This document shows, in pieces, positions 37,350 through 49,538 of a stretch of 64,000 nt of DNA. The notes beneath the pieces were generated by a model. The model was not told the DNA's origin, did no database searches, and saw only the letters and a list, made by a program, of their open reading frames with translations. The stretch covers positions 1,550,001 to 1,614,000 of the forward strand of contig CP089281.1 of NCBI GenBank assembly GCA_023920165.1, read 5' to 3'. The stretch comes from Curvularia clavata (taxonomy: Eukaryota). Position 1 is the first letter of the stretch. The number at the start of each line of letters is the position of its first letter. The position numbers and the translations under genes are program-made.

Positions 37350-38308
37350 ACGAGCTCTCTGAAAGACAATATGGTCTGCGATCAACACATATCGACGTCG
37401 TATGTGCTTGCACCGCAATGTCGTCAACACCCTACCCGGATCAACATTTACTGGACAATGCATGTTCGAGCAAGCACATTTACATATGCTCTATTCGAAC
37501 ATGATACACATCCAGATGTGACACATCTTAGAGGGTGTATACGTGCAGTTGAGCTTGTCGCATGTTTTTTCCTATGTTAACTATGCCCGATACTCCTTTG
37601 CCCTTTTTTACTGCCTGTTTCTATCTGCTTTCAACATTGCGCATACCCATTTTCTACTGTTTAGTACCCTTAGATTCATGCTGTTTCGACACTGTTCCTC
37701 TTTTGCAAGGAAGATCAGGATGGTCGGGTTTGTTGACGCTGAGCGTAATCTTTATGGACGAGGTGGTAGCAAGCTGTATTTAGTGATCGACTTTTTTATG
37801 AGAGGAATCGAGAGGCCCTGAGGAGAGGGAGTGCTTGGAGAAATCAAAACTTTTTATATTACGTTGCTTGCTTTGACATGTGATGCGGTTAAGTTTGTAT
37901 AGCTTAGTGCTAACAGGCTGATGTTACAACAATGCCGTGTCCTTATCTGCAAGCTCACCTTTGGGTTCCATTTCAGTCAAAAAGATTTGGAGTATTACGG
38001 GAGGCGTGGTCGGGTACAAAACCCTGTTGGGTTGATTCCGTAAGTGATGGGGAACCAGCCCGCTTCCTTTTTCCCATCGACCAATCGCGATGTCGGCTCT
38101 CAACGCGTGCTCGCACCCCAGAAGGAGACGTACCTACTAGCGTTGGTCACTTACAATGAGATGTTCTGTATATGCCATAGCTTCCGATACCACGGCTTGG
38201 TCGGATCCGATATAAACAATGCAGCATGCAGCCCTCTACGCTCTTTCCGTGCTTGTTCTGACGTGCACTGCCTTTACCCTCGTTCGTCTCCTGTCTCCTG
38301 GCATCGAC

Positions 38309-39828
38309 ATGGCTTCACGCAACTACATTACATTGATGCTGGCGAGCATCGCCACGTCTGTTTCGGCGAAAGAAACCAAGGTGGACTTGGGCTGGTACCC
38401 ACCTAAGAAAAGTTGGATCAATGACATCAACCAAGTCCTGAATGGCACTGGAACCAACGGCTTTGTGTTTAACAGCTCGCAATTACCGGCTGGTGTCGAG
38501 TATGGTACTTACAATTGGTGTAACATGCCTCATGTACGGAAGGAGGAATATGTCAAAGCCGGCGAGGACTATGAACTCGTTTATGTAGAAGTGTGAGTAC
38601 ATCCTTTCATAACAACAAGAAAGGACTATAACTTATACAAAAAAGTATCCATCGTCATCACAAGCGTACACCATATGCCTCCAACACCTTTCCAAAAGAG
38701 TCCTACAGCTGGGAATGCAAAGACCAAGGCCTTTTCTACTACGGAGAGCCCCTCAACCCCAAATCAGAAAACACCTCAGCATCAACATACTGGAGCGTAT
38801 ACACCGATCCCATGAACCCCTTTGCCCAAGCCGGCTTCAACGGCTCTTGCCAATTCCCTCAAATCACCCGTCAAGGCCTCGACGACTCCTTGCAGCACGG
38901 CAAAGACTTATATGGAGTGTACCACGATACCCTCCATTTCCTCCCACCGCACCTCAACTCCCAAGTCACCTACCGCGTTTCCAACAACGTCATCACCAGC
39001 CAAGTCGCCGGGATGCTCATCCAAGGCATGTACCAACCCAAATCCGACATTCCGCTCCACGTGCAGCCGACAGATATCGACTCCCTCGCACCCTCATACT
39101 CCTGTCCCGCAGCCTCTGCACTCTACGCCTCCTACGGCGTCGGCAGCACCGCCTCAAACTGGACTTCGCACTTCTCATCCGCGAAACCGCTCTTTAGTGC
39201 CCTCGACGCCGTCAGCGGCGTCCCCAGCTCCTCTGCCGAATGGCACAACTGGTTCGACCACTACTACGACAACCTGTCTGCGCGCCAGTGCCACGCCAAA
39301 CCCCTGCCTTGCAACATTTCCAACCCGGAGCTTTGCATCGATCAAAAAATGGCGGATACAGTGTACAGACTGGGTCAGTACGAGTACTCGTTTATTTATC
39401 GCGATGCGCCGCAGTCGCTGAAAGCAGCGGTGGGGAGCTACGGTGTGTTTATGGCGGAGTTGGCGGAGCATATTCGCGCTGCGTTGGCCGGGCAATCAGA
39501 CATCATCTACAGGCATAATGTCGCGCATGATGGGTCATTGGCGAGATTGCTGAGTTTCTTGCAGGTGGAGACAATGGTGTGGGTGGGGATGGGGTCGGAG
39601 GTTGTGTTTGAGATTTACAAAGTAAAGTGTGAGGGGAAGAAAGGGTGTGATGAGGGTAAAGCGTATATTCGCATTCTCTGGGGTGGACAGGTCCTGAGGA
39701 GCTCGAATCCGAGTTTGGGGTGGAAACAGGGGAGTGTGGATATGTTGGATTTGGATGTGTTTCTGGCGTATGTAGATGGACTCGTGGGGAGGAGGGCGGA
39801 GAAGGTGGTTGGGTTTTGTAAATCGTGA
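38309..39828 (+). CDS. Secreted histidine acid phosphatase family protein
   Basis: Signal peptide MASRNYITLMLASIATSVSA (an upstream ATG at 38219 is also possible); intron 38593-38645 joins YVEV|IHRHHKRTPY (RHxxRxP); C-terminal AHDGS motif. Confidence 0.88.
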
Positions 39829-40119
39829 TTGTGCTCGGTGGGGAGGGGATGTTTGGTACGGGCTTGTGTGGTTTGTGTGTAATGTATATATGTTTAGTTC
39901 AATCATCTCTGATTGATCGCTGTCGACGACAGCAGAGACTCCAAATACATGCGAATGCCCGAACGTGCCCATCGATTCATCAAGCAAGTATGTCGCATTT
40001 GGCTCAGGACACCATACGCCCGTGTCGTCCCGGACAAACTCCTAGAGGCAGGTGTTCCCTCATCATCCGTACCAAGCAGCCAACATGAAAGTAGAAAAGC
40101 AGATCAAGGTCGATCTCTT

Positions 40120-40956
40120 CTACTTGTCCTCCGTGGGGGTGCCAGAGTTCTTATAGTTGCCACTCTCAACAGTTGCACTAGATGACACGGCAGAATGGCT
40201 AGCAGGCCGCGACTGCAGCTGCGGCTGCAGGCCCTGAGCTGCCAGTTGACGATGTGTGTTCATGATGCTGCTGTACCACACTTCATTGATTATATTAGCC
40301 GTGCACTCGGAATCCAAGGGTCAAACTCACACTTCTCTTGAATGACCAGTGCCGCTGGAGGCTTGCCAACACCATGAACAGAGGGAGAGATGGGCAACTC
40401 GTGAATGCGTCGGACATGGTTACAGAGTGCTGAACGAGCCTGGAACCGGGCCTATGAAAGTTAGCCTACTCTCTGAATGTATGTAGTATGAAGAGCTCGC
40501 TTTGAGCGAGGAATCAGGCCGATACTGGCACCATGTGAAAATGGCGAAAGAACGACACTGACGCGGTCATATGAGATTCTGGAAACTACAGACCTGTTTG
40601 CTCTATCTTAGAGCTAGGGACCAGTCAAACTTGCGGAAGTGCTCCGAACTGGTGGCATTGCGAGATTTCGGGTATCGAGAACGAGGGCTTGGGCCTGATT
40701 CCTCACTTGATAGCAAGCTCCTTTGCGCAATTAGATTCTTACCGAACAGAGTACTCCGTTTTGGAATGCGACGCGACAGTAGATTTCACCACAGTGAATC
40801 TCTACCTTGCCTTCGGCATCCAAAGTAAAGGGAGTCACTCCAAGTGGAGGCGATCCAATGACGGTGTAGTCTTCGTAGTCGGTCTGCGGAACACTGTCAG
40901 AATGCATAAAAGAACACCTTATACTGACTTACATATCCCTGAAGAGCTTTCGCCAT
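40120..40956 (-). CDS. Small single-C2H2 zinc-finger protein (148 aa, 4 exons; not recovered by the ORF track)
   Basis: Exons 40956-40933, 40883-40743, 40451-40331 and 40280-40120 with GTAAGT/GTAAGA/GTGAGT donors and branch sites. They splice in frame to MAKALQGYTDYEDY...GEIYCRVAFQNGVLCSARFQARSALCNHVRRIH...WYSSIM...EDK*. Start context ccaccATGG. Confidence 0.8.
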
Positions 40957-41187
40957 GGTGGCTGTTTTTGATGTTGTTGTCTCCAGGTTGAATGCGATTT
41001 AGTACATTGTTTACGTACCCATACAACTATACCTCCACTATGGAGTACCGCTCGGCTAATAGTTAGCGCCTACCTACTAGCGCGTCTGACGTTCAGGTAC
41101 CCCTGTCTCCGATACACCGCCGAACTCCTCATAGCTTCCCAAAAATGTATCTCCACACTGACGTCTCGCAATCACCTCACACACAAA

Positions 41188-42903
41188 ATGACTGCTGTAC
41201 CAGACTATTCGCGGCCAACAACGCCCAACAAGTACCCCAATGGCATCCCCTCACCTCGCACGCCAAAAACCGGTCTCGCTCTCACCGAATACACTGCAAA
41301 CCCCAGTCCGCCCAATGAGTCAAGTGCTTCAAAGGCAAATAGTGTCATACCCGAAGCGTTCCTCCTCCCAAATGGATACCCCGACTACCTCCGCCTTATC
41401 CTCACCTCGCGCGTTTACGAGGTCGTAGAAGAAACGCCATTGACTACCGCTGTCAATCTCAGCAATCGCCTCGAGTGCAATGTCATGCTCAAGCGCGAAG
41501 ATCTGCAGCCCGTCTTCAGTTTCAAACTGCGGGGTGCATACAACAAGATGGCCCACTTGGATCCCAAAGACCGATGGAGGGGTGTCGTCGCATGCAGCGC
41601 CGGAAATCATGCACAGGGTGTTGCGTATTCGGCTCGCAAGCTCAAGATCCCAGCGACTATCGTCATGCCCTCGGGCACGCCGGATATCAAGCACAAGAAC
41701 GTGTCGAGACTCGGCGGGTCGGTTATACTGCATGGCGCAGACTTTGACGCTGCAAAGGCAGAGGCATTGAGGTTGGAGAAGCTACATGGGCTCATTTCTA
41801 TACCACCATTCGACGACCCGTATGTGATTGCGGGCCAGGGAACAGTTGGCATGGAGCTGCTGCGACAAACCAATCTACAGGATCTCAAGGCTGTTTTTTG
41901 CTGTGTAGGCGGAGGCGGACTCATAGCAGGAACAGGCGTTTACATCAAGCGGATAGCACCGCATGTCAAAATCATCGGAGTAGAGCAGTACGACGCCAAT
42001 GCCATGGTCGAATCCCTCAAGGCCGGAAAGCGCGTAGTTCTCAATGACGTCGGACTCTTTGCCGACGGAGCCGCAGTCAAGACTGTAGGAGAAGAAACAT
42101 TCAGAATATGCCAGGAAGTCGTCGATGAAGTTGTCCAAGTCACTACCGACGAGACCTGCGCCGCCATCAAAGACATGTTCGAAGACACACGCTCTATCGT
42201 CGAGCCCGCGGGTGCTCTCGCCCTCGCCGGCCTTAAAAAATGGGTCAGCCGTAATCCGTCACCGGACCCCAACCGGGGTCTCGTGGCCATCGCCAGCGGC
42301 GCAAACATGAACTTTGACCGCCTGCGTTTCGTCGCCGAGCGCGCCGCCATCGGTGAAAACAAAGAAGCCATTCTTTCCGTCACGATCCCCGAAAAACCCG
42401 GCGCATTCGCCAAACTCGTCTCTGCCATCCACCCCATGGCCGTCACGGAATTCAGCTACCGCTACTCGAACCCAGACTCGGCACAGATTCTCGTCGGCGT
42501 AGAACTCAAAGCCGCAACCCGCGCGCGCGACCTACCCGACCTAATCGAGCGTCTTGCCGCCGAGGGAATGACAGCCCAGGACCTCTCGCAAGACGAACTC
42601 GTCAAATCACACATTCGCTACCTGGTCGGTGGCCGCAGCGACGCCGCAGGCGAACACATGTTCATGTTCGAATTCCCCGAGCGCGGAGGTGCCCTGTACA
42701 AGTTTTTAAATACCTTGCAGCCTGGTATGAATATCAGTCTGTTTCACTATAGAAACTATGGCGGCGATGTAGCCAAGATCCTTGCGGGCATACAGTGCGA
42801 TGAGAGTGAGAGTGAGAAGCTAAAGGCTTTTCTAAAGGAGATTGGGTATCCGTACAAGGAGGTGACGGATAGTCCGAGTTATAATATGTTTTTGAGGAGA
42901 TGA
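41188..42903 (+). CDS. ILV1: Threonine dehydratase/deaminase, biosynthetic
   Basis: [18 protein letters not shown] (PLP Lys), [32 protein letters not shown], two ACT-like regulatory domains; single exon. Confidence 0.97.
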   Translation: MTAVPDYSRPTTPNKYPNGIPSPRTPKTGLALTEYTANPSPPNESSASKANSVIPEAFLLPNGYPDYLRLILTSRVYEVVEETPLTTAVNLSNRLECNVMLKREDLQPVFSFKLRGAYNKMAHLDPKDRWRGVVACSAGNHAQGVAYSARKLKIPATIVMPSGTPDIKHKNVSRLGGSVILHGADFDAAKAEALRLEKLHGLISIPPFDDPYVIAGQGTVGMELLRQTNLQDLKAVFCCVGGGGLIAGTGVYIKRIAPHVKIIGVEQYDANAMVESLKAGKRVVLNDVGLFADGAAVKTVGEETFRICQEVVDEVVQVTTDETCAAIKDMFEDTRSIVEPAGALALAGLKKWVSRNPSPDPNRGLVAIASGANMNFDRLRFVAERAAIGENKEAILSVTIPEKPGAFAKLVSAIHPMAVTEFSYRYSNPDSAQILVGVELKAATRARDLPDLIERLAAEGMTAQDLSQDELVKSHIRYLVGGRSDAAGEHMFMFEFPERGGALYKFLNTLQPGMNISLFHYRNYGGDVAKILAGIQCDESESEKLKAFLKEIGYPYKEVTDSPSYNMFLRR

Positions 42904-43718
42904 GAGAGAGAGGGGGCTTGTAAACAGTTTTTCTCTTTTCCCGCTTGGGTATGGTAATAATATAGATGGTCTAGACGAAAATGTTGAATTTAAGAATAGA
43001 TACCCCTTCGCCTGTATTCATTTGATGTTTCTATGTGAAGTCTTCTTTTTTCTTTCCTTTTTCCTTTTTTTTTTCCTGTTTTCTTTTTCTTTTTGAGAGG
43101 AAGTAGAAGTGATATTAGTCTCAGCGCGGCTTTTGACCTGAGAATCTGAGAGACGATGATGAAGCTAGCAAGCCGAGATATAAGTACTCAGGTCAAAGCA
43201 TGGCTAATAAACAGACAAATAAACAAACAAAAGGGAGACACGACAGTAGCCTTCAACATTTGGGGCAGTCCTACGTGCACTACATACACATCACACCTAA
43301 CCACTTCACATCTAGTCATACGAGTTCCCATTGGAAAAGATGATTCTCTTGCAACCACATAAAACTCCATTACCATCTATCTATCTCTGTCTGTCTGAGA
43401 GCAGCATGTTGCGATGCGTGCGAGAGAAAACCAAGTCAAAGCCACCAATCAGTTGCTGACCATCTACCCACCTGTGGCTACAATATTGGTATCCTGATAT
43501 CAAGAATGTAATAATTTCTAGATTAAAAAAGACTCAAGCGAAGGGGGGAGAGAGGAAACGATGCTGTTAAGGGAAAAACAACGGGGCAAGGGGGTCATGG
43601 TAACAACAAATGACAATGCCGTCAACGCCTAGACCAAGCGTACGCCTTAGTTGAACCCCAAAAAAGTACAATGTGTTCCCCAGGTTGGTAATGACGGTGA
43701 GGGTGATTTTCTTGTTGC

Positions 43719-46700
43719 TCACACTCGGTCTTCTGCAAAGTCTAGAACCTCGCAGTCGTCTTCGAAGAAACCTTCTTCGTCGCCATTGTCCTTCTTGATA
43801 CGTCGCCGTCTAGTGGTCACGACAACTTGCTCCACTTCTTCCTCGCCATCCCGCAAAACCAGCTTGTTCTCGATTCTAGCAGCAACGCCGGTAATGTCAT
43901 CCTCGCCCGAGTCGTAGGCATGTGACATGGGTGAAGACAGCCGTGTTGCTTCTACGCTCTCACCGAAGAGCCAGGGTGAAGGATCGTCATGGTGAAGGTC
44001 TGAAACGAGTCCAGGGAGAGTGGGCTGGTATTCGCTGGCGCTGCCATGAACCTCTGAGGCCTGTCTCGCATAAACAAAACGCGTCACACGCTTATCGGTG
44101 TAGAAGGGCTGATAGGGCGGGTTGGTTTCGATCTCAGAGAAACTAATCGGCGCAAGCGTTGGGCCAGCAGGTTTACGGCAGGGTAGACTTCGTGGCAACC
44201 AGTCGCCGTAGACGTCTTGGCTTGGCTCCGGGTCGCCGGCTTGTGGGAAAAGCTGCTCTGTGATCGCTAGTGGAATTGCAATATCAGGGATAGGAGCTAG
44301 CCCAAACTCGACAGCTTTCTTCTTGGTGATTGCTGTGTTGCCTGACCTTCCTTTGCCAGCAGCAGGTCGCATCTGGACCCGCCAGATTTGAAGTACACCA
44401 CCAGATACTAACGCAATTGAACCGCGACCCCTGCCAGACAACCAACGAACGCTATAAGGCTTGACACCGCTGGGAGATGATGGAAGGGTTAGCTTGTTGT
44501 CGCCCGCATGACGGATGTTGTTGATGGATTTGCCGACTCCAGCGGCCACGGCTTTGCCAGATTTGGCGCCCGCAGCAGGCGTCACACCAAGACCACTAAG
44601 GCTGAAGCGAGAACCACCACTATTGGTCCTTGTGCGAACAGCATCGAACCAGGGTTTGGCACTGTTAATGGCTTGCATTGCCGAGTTGACTGCCCCTGTA
44701 GGCCCTGCAGGAGATGCGGATTCCTTGGGCTGAGCTTGGGCTGCAGGTCGAATTCGCCTGGGTGGTGGCCATTGGAATGCAGACGCCGGCATGGGGAACA
44801 TGTGTACCGTTCCTTTATCAGTAATCACCGCCAACCTGTCAGCTCTAGGGGCAGACCAAACGACGTCGATGACATTTGCAACCGTCATGCGGGTAAATCG
44901 AGCAACCTGTCGGACATGGGGCCCGGTTGGCTGCTCCCTCGCGGTCCTGCGCGCTCGTCGGAAATGCATACGCTTTAAGTCCCATACGTCTTGGTAGTCG
45001 CCCTTCTTGCTCACCGACATGAGCATCAGGCCGCTAGGAGAAAAGGACAGGAAGCTGCAGCCCAAGGCTGCCGGAATGGTTGCAACGGGCTGAAGGGCAC
45101 TCTTGCTTCGGTTTTCTTCCGCGTCTAGCAGTTTCTGCAGATCAAAGACGGAGATGACAGCGGCTTCTTGCCTGGGTTGCGCCTGGCTGTAGCCATGCGT
45201 AGGGGGGAAGTAATGCTGCATAGGATCCTGGCCGTGCGAACCACCGTTACCTTGCTGACCCTTGCTCATGTAGCTTTTGAAGGCCTGCATGCCCTTCTCG
45301 GTGGCCCAGCGTGCACCTTTGATAGCAACCTGGGTTCCTTCGCGCGTGAGTCTGTCTATCAGGCCTGCCTCATTCGGTGCATCGACGGCACAGTTGGGCA
45401 ACGGTTGAGGTGGTACGCTGTGGTGCGCAAGGCCTGGAACACGTTCATAGTAGGGCGATGTAAGGGCCACGCCATTGACGGGATAAAGTGAGCTTGATGA
45501 AGGCGGAGAGAGGGCGAGCCAGCGATCAGACAGCGAGAAGACTGGCAAGCCATACTTATCAGGCGGTGTCTCATCGTGGCTCCCATCTGCGGCGCTTGAG
45601 CCGTTGGAATGGACTGCTCGCTCTCGATTCTGGACAGAGGTCCACATCTTGCCGATGCAGCGAAAGCGCTCAGCATAGTCTAAGTGGCCTTCAGTGTATG
45701 GAGCAAATACAAAGACTTCTCCACTTGCACCAGAGGCTACCACAACAAACTTTCCCTTTGCATCAACGACGAAATCGCCTACGGGTGGTGGTGGTTGGAA
45801 CATGGGACTGTCGATGGGGCTGGTGAGAGGAACCAGTGGTGTTCTATACAGAACAGCCAATCTCCGCCGCTCCTTGAGGGAGTAGACCTCGACAGTGGTC
45901 TGATAACCGCTGATCTCGCCATTTCCATGGTCTCCCAGTCGCGAGGAGGGCCGGCTGGGTGAATCCGAAGCCGAGTCGTCAGCGGCAGAAGAGCCACTGG
46001 CGCTGCTACTACGACTGTCTTTGATGACCGGGCCGTGCAGGGTGAGGGCAATGAGTGGGCGAGAAGCAGCAAGCGGATCTCTTCGCGAGGACCAGGGCAA
46101 GATCTTGGCACCTATGACGGCACCGCGCAGGCCTTCCAAGCGACCTACAATGTCCATCTTGCTCTTCTCAACACGAAAGACATCGAGCCCCCCTTGAGAG
46201 CCAACAAGCAGGACGTTCTCGGCGGTCCGAGCAGCTTCGTCTCCGGCCATGGATAGGGTGTCGAAGCCACAAAAGCAGCCGCCTTGGCCGGGCTGGAGCC
46301 CACTGGCTGGGGCATTGCCCAGAAAGTCGAGGTTTGGCAGGCCGTAGTAATGAGCCTGTGGCTGGTGTGGCAGGGGCGGGTTAGGCATGAACTGGTGTGA
46401 AGGGGTGCGGCCGCCTTGCGAGTAGATGGAGGCCCTGCGGTCACTGCCAGGAGAGTGCTGCATCCTTCCACCAAAGGTTGTGTACTGGTTGGGATGGCTG
46501 AGGGGTCGTGGGCCAGGCGGTGAGTTGGACATGGCCTGTTGTGCGTACAGGCCGTCTCGGGCACCGGGCGAGTTATGAAAGGTAGGCGGAGAGCCTGCAA
46601 TAGCTATTCCGCCGTTACTCGGGGAGCCCTGGTGGGCAAAGAATGGAACCGACTTGGCCCACTCGGTGGTGTAGTGGGCGGTTGTGTTTCGCGTGGCACC

Positions 46701-47100
46701 GATAGCCGACAGCAAGGGGGAGGTGGTGGCATTGTAGTTTGTGGGTGGAGAGGTGGAGGAGAGGCGGTTTGCAGACGAGGGAGAGGATGTCCTGAGCAGG
46801 TCAAGTCAGCATGGTAGCAGGGCAGGAGCCAAAGAGGCATCACGCTGGCAGTGAGTCACTGGGGCGCGAGGGGGAACAGGAGGGCGTCACGTACACTTGT
46901 CTGGGGTATATACGCGTAACCTTTTCGCCCGGTCTATTTCTTCTTCCCAGCTCATGTCTCGACGAGTTGCGACCGCGCGCGTGGGGGCTGGCGTGGTGTT
47001 TGCTAGGCGTGGGCTTTGGCTGGTGCTTGTGCAGGTAGGTGAGGTTTGAAACCGGCTTCGTATGCGTATGCTCTGCGGCGTTTTCGGGCGATGAGCTCAT
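43719..47100 (-). CDS. BCAS3-like / PROPPIN-related beta-propeller autophagy-associated protein
   Basis: Exon 1 47100-46895, intron 46792-46894 (GTACGT..CAG), in frame with the 998-aa ORF; GCSFLSFSPSGLMLMSVSKKGD, ARFTRMTVANVIDVVW, TDKGTVH, SEIETNPPYQPF. Confidence 0.75.
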
Positions 47101-47383
47101 ATAACCTGCTGGAAAAAGCGTGTGGGCGTGTGTAGGGAGAGAGCTAGCTCAGTGACGGGGTGCGCGAGAGTGCCTGTATACTATGTCGTGGTGGTTGGCA
47201 AGGAGGGCAAGGGGAGCAACGGGTGGAGGCGGCAGGAGAGGGCGAGGGCTAAACACGGACGGTTGCGTCATGTGCCGTCGTGACCGCCTGGTCGTGCGGG
47301 TGGCAGTCGCGTGCGTGCACAGCAAGGCACTTGGACAGCGGTACTAGGGCGCAGCGGTACGGCGGCCCTGGAAGCTGACTCGG

Positions 47384-47413
47384 CTGTGCTGTGCTGTGCT
47401 GTGCTGTACTGTG
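47384..47413. repeat. (CTGTG)n pentanucleotide microsatellite, about 6 imperfect units
   Basis: ctgtgctgtgctgtgctgtgctgtactgtg. Confidence 0.7.
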
Positions 47414-48310
47414 GTGTAGTGAAGTGGGGATGGTTGACGATGTGCTATCTATCAGCTATCGCAGTGGGGGTGGAGCTGTGCCCTGCACGCGGTTACGTTA
47501 CGCAGTCTTGGGAGCCCCGCACGCAGCACGGTAAGCAAGCAAGTAGGTGTTTGTAATACAGGAGACGGAGAGTGAGCGTGTAACAGACGAGGAAATCAGC
47601 AACCAAGAGAGCGTCGAGAGGCGGGCTTTATCAGCGGTTGCAGTTGTTGAGATGTTATGCTGTTCGGCGCCGTATGGTACAGAGGTACCGAGAGGGGCAA
47701 GTGGCCAGCTTATGCAGGTGCATGCGGTGCATGCCGCCCGCGCACCCTGCTATTCGCCCTGCCGCCGCCCTGTCCGGCCTACACTGCATACCAGCTCGTG
47801 ACCTACATGTCCATCTGCCACTATCTTGTCTATGTCTAGTATGTCTGTATAGGCCGCCCTTCCGGCTCCTGCCGACGCCTATCGATAGCGGTTCCTGCCA
47901 CACCCGCATCTTCACCATGCCATCCGCGCACTATTTGTACCTACACACTCCCACCTGCGCAGCAAGCCATAAGCATTCCCACCACTGGTACCCCATTGCT
48001 CATGTATCACTGGTCCATCCGTCTCTCCTCTGGCCCTTAGTCAGCGTCAGCGTCAGCGCCAGCATGACATCACTGTCCTCAACATCTCCCTTGTCCAAGC
48101 CGCCTTATCTTGCTCCCTGTGTCACAATGTATTCTACTTGACATAAGTATCAAGGTAGTAGTTTTGGCGTCCATGTCCACGTCCATCGTCTTCGCCTAGC
48201 TCTACTTGCTTTTTCCACGACATGTGGGCCGCGCCGCCTGGTCGTCCGGGCCAGTGTCCTGATGTGGTCCGGAACCGGTGATTAAATGCTTCGACTCATG
48301 CCCATCGCCG

Positions 48311-48378
48311 TAACCGAGCCCTCAACGTCTAACCGAGCAATCTCGACAATCTAACCGAGCAGACTTGCAGAAGCGAGC
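48311..48378 (+). promoter_or_regulatory. Three spaced TAACCGAGC direct repeats plus one degenerate copy upstream of the SRPBCC gene
   Basis: TAACCGAGC at 48311, 48330 and 48352; AAGCGAGC at 48371. Confidence 0.55.
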
Positions 48379-48467
48379 AACTGCGACGATCGCCGAGAGA
48401 CGTTGAAAAGCTCATGGCGCCCGTCTTCGTGGCTATCCAGCAATCGAGTTGAATCCCCCCTCGCATA

Positions 48468-49076
48468 ATGCTCAAGTCAACTCTTCTTAGCGCCCTTTGC
48501 GGCACCCTTCTGCATTCCGCTTCAGCCGCCGCTCAATACACCAATCTTCCCAATGTCGAACCGGGCGTCTTCAATGCCAGCGCCCGCATAGAGATCCACA
48601 ACACGTCCTTTGACGCTGTCTGGAACTTGCTCACGGATTTCCCAAACTACGCCGACTGGAACCCCTTTGTCCGCTATGCAGTCGTCACCTCACCGCTCAA
48701 CATCACTCTGCCTGATCAACGGCCTGTTGAGGGAAAGAACCTCTTTTTCCGCGTCCAGATTCCCTCATTGCCTCTCCCCGTCAACAAGGACACGCCGGAT
48801 AAACTTCTAAACACCCAGTTCTCCGCCGAGCTCATTACTGCTGTGCAGTATGACAAGGGAAGGCTTGCCTGGGAGTTTTATCCGCCCTCGCCCATGCTCA
48901 AAGCAGAAAGGTGGCAGGCTATTACTGATCTCGGCAACGGAACGGTCCTGTACGAGAGTAGAGAAGTTTTCAGTGGGCCACTGGCCTATGTCATCAAAAG
49001 CACTTTGGAAGAGGGTCTCCAGGCATCATTCAAGGGCCAGGGCGAGGGAATCAAGCTGTACCTCGAGGGTAAATAA
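48468..49076 (+). CDS. SRPBCC/START-like (polyketide cyclase/dehydrase-like) protein with signal peptide
   Basis: MLKSTLLSALCGTLLHSASAAA signal peptide; ARIEIH..FDAVWNLLTDFPNYADWNPF; YESREVFSGPLA; C-terminal helix. Confidence 0.8.
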   Translation: MLKSTLLSALCGTLLHSASAAAQYTNLPNVEPGVFNASARIEIHNTSFDAVWNLLTDFPNYADWNPFVRYAVVTSPLNITLPDQRPVEGKNLFFRVQIPSLPLPVNKDTPDKLLNTQFSAELITAVQYDKGRLAWEFYPPSPMLKAERWQAITDLGNGTVLYESREVFSGPLAYVIKSTLEEGLQASFKGQGEGIKLYLEGK

Positions 49077-49538
49077 GGCCACACTGTGACTTGGCACACG
49101 ATGCGTCACGATCTTTGAGTACCAAAAGCGTTTGGCTTTCTTTAATAATATAATTGTTTTTCAAACCAGCGCATAGCGTTGTATGTATATACTTTCAAAC
49201 TCCTTGTACATATGCGGCGGGCCGCGGGCCCATCCATCTGCTCCCATCAACAGCAAGGGTCTATCCCTGTCGCCCAGCCCATCCACAACCGCCGCATCGC
49301 CGCTGTCGCAATCGCACATGGCCTCAACACGCCCCAACATCAGCTGCCCATGTTCACCATGACGTGATTTCCAACCTGTCGCTCAAGTCCTTCGGGTTTT
49401 CCTTCTTGTATCGTATTTTGAGTTCTCCTGTTGTATGCCCGCGTGATACTAGATACCGGCAACGCCGCCCATGCCGTCCAGTCGCTCTTCTTATCGCCCA
49501 TCGTTCCATCTCAACCCCAAAGTGCGCCGGCTGCCATT

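Noticed and set aside
40832..40837. TGACTC (Gcn4/CpcA-like site, reverse strand) upstream of ILV1
   Set aside because: Falls within coding exon 2 of the zinc-finger gene; a single hexamer.
43041..43095. Long T/C tract after ILV1
   Set aside because: Ordinary low-complexity sequence between convergent genes.
48311..48378. Repeat-spacer pattern as a possible CRISPR-like array
   Set aside because: Repeats are only 9 bp with 10-13 bp spacers, the context is eukaryotic and there are no cas genes; treated as promoter motifs.
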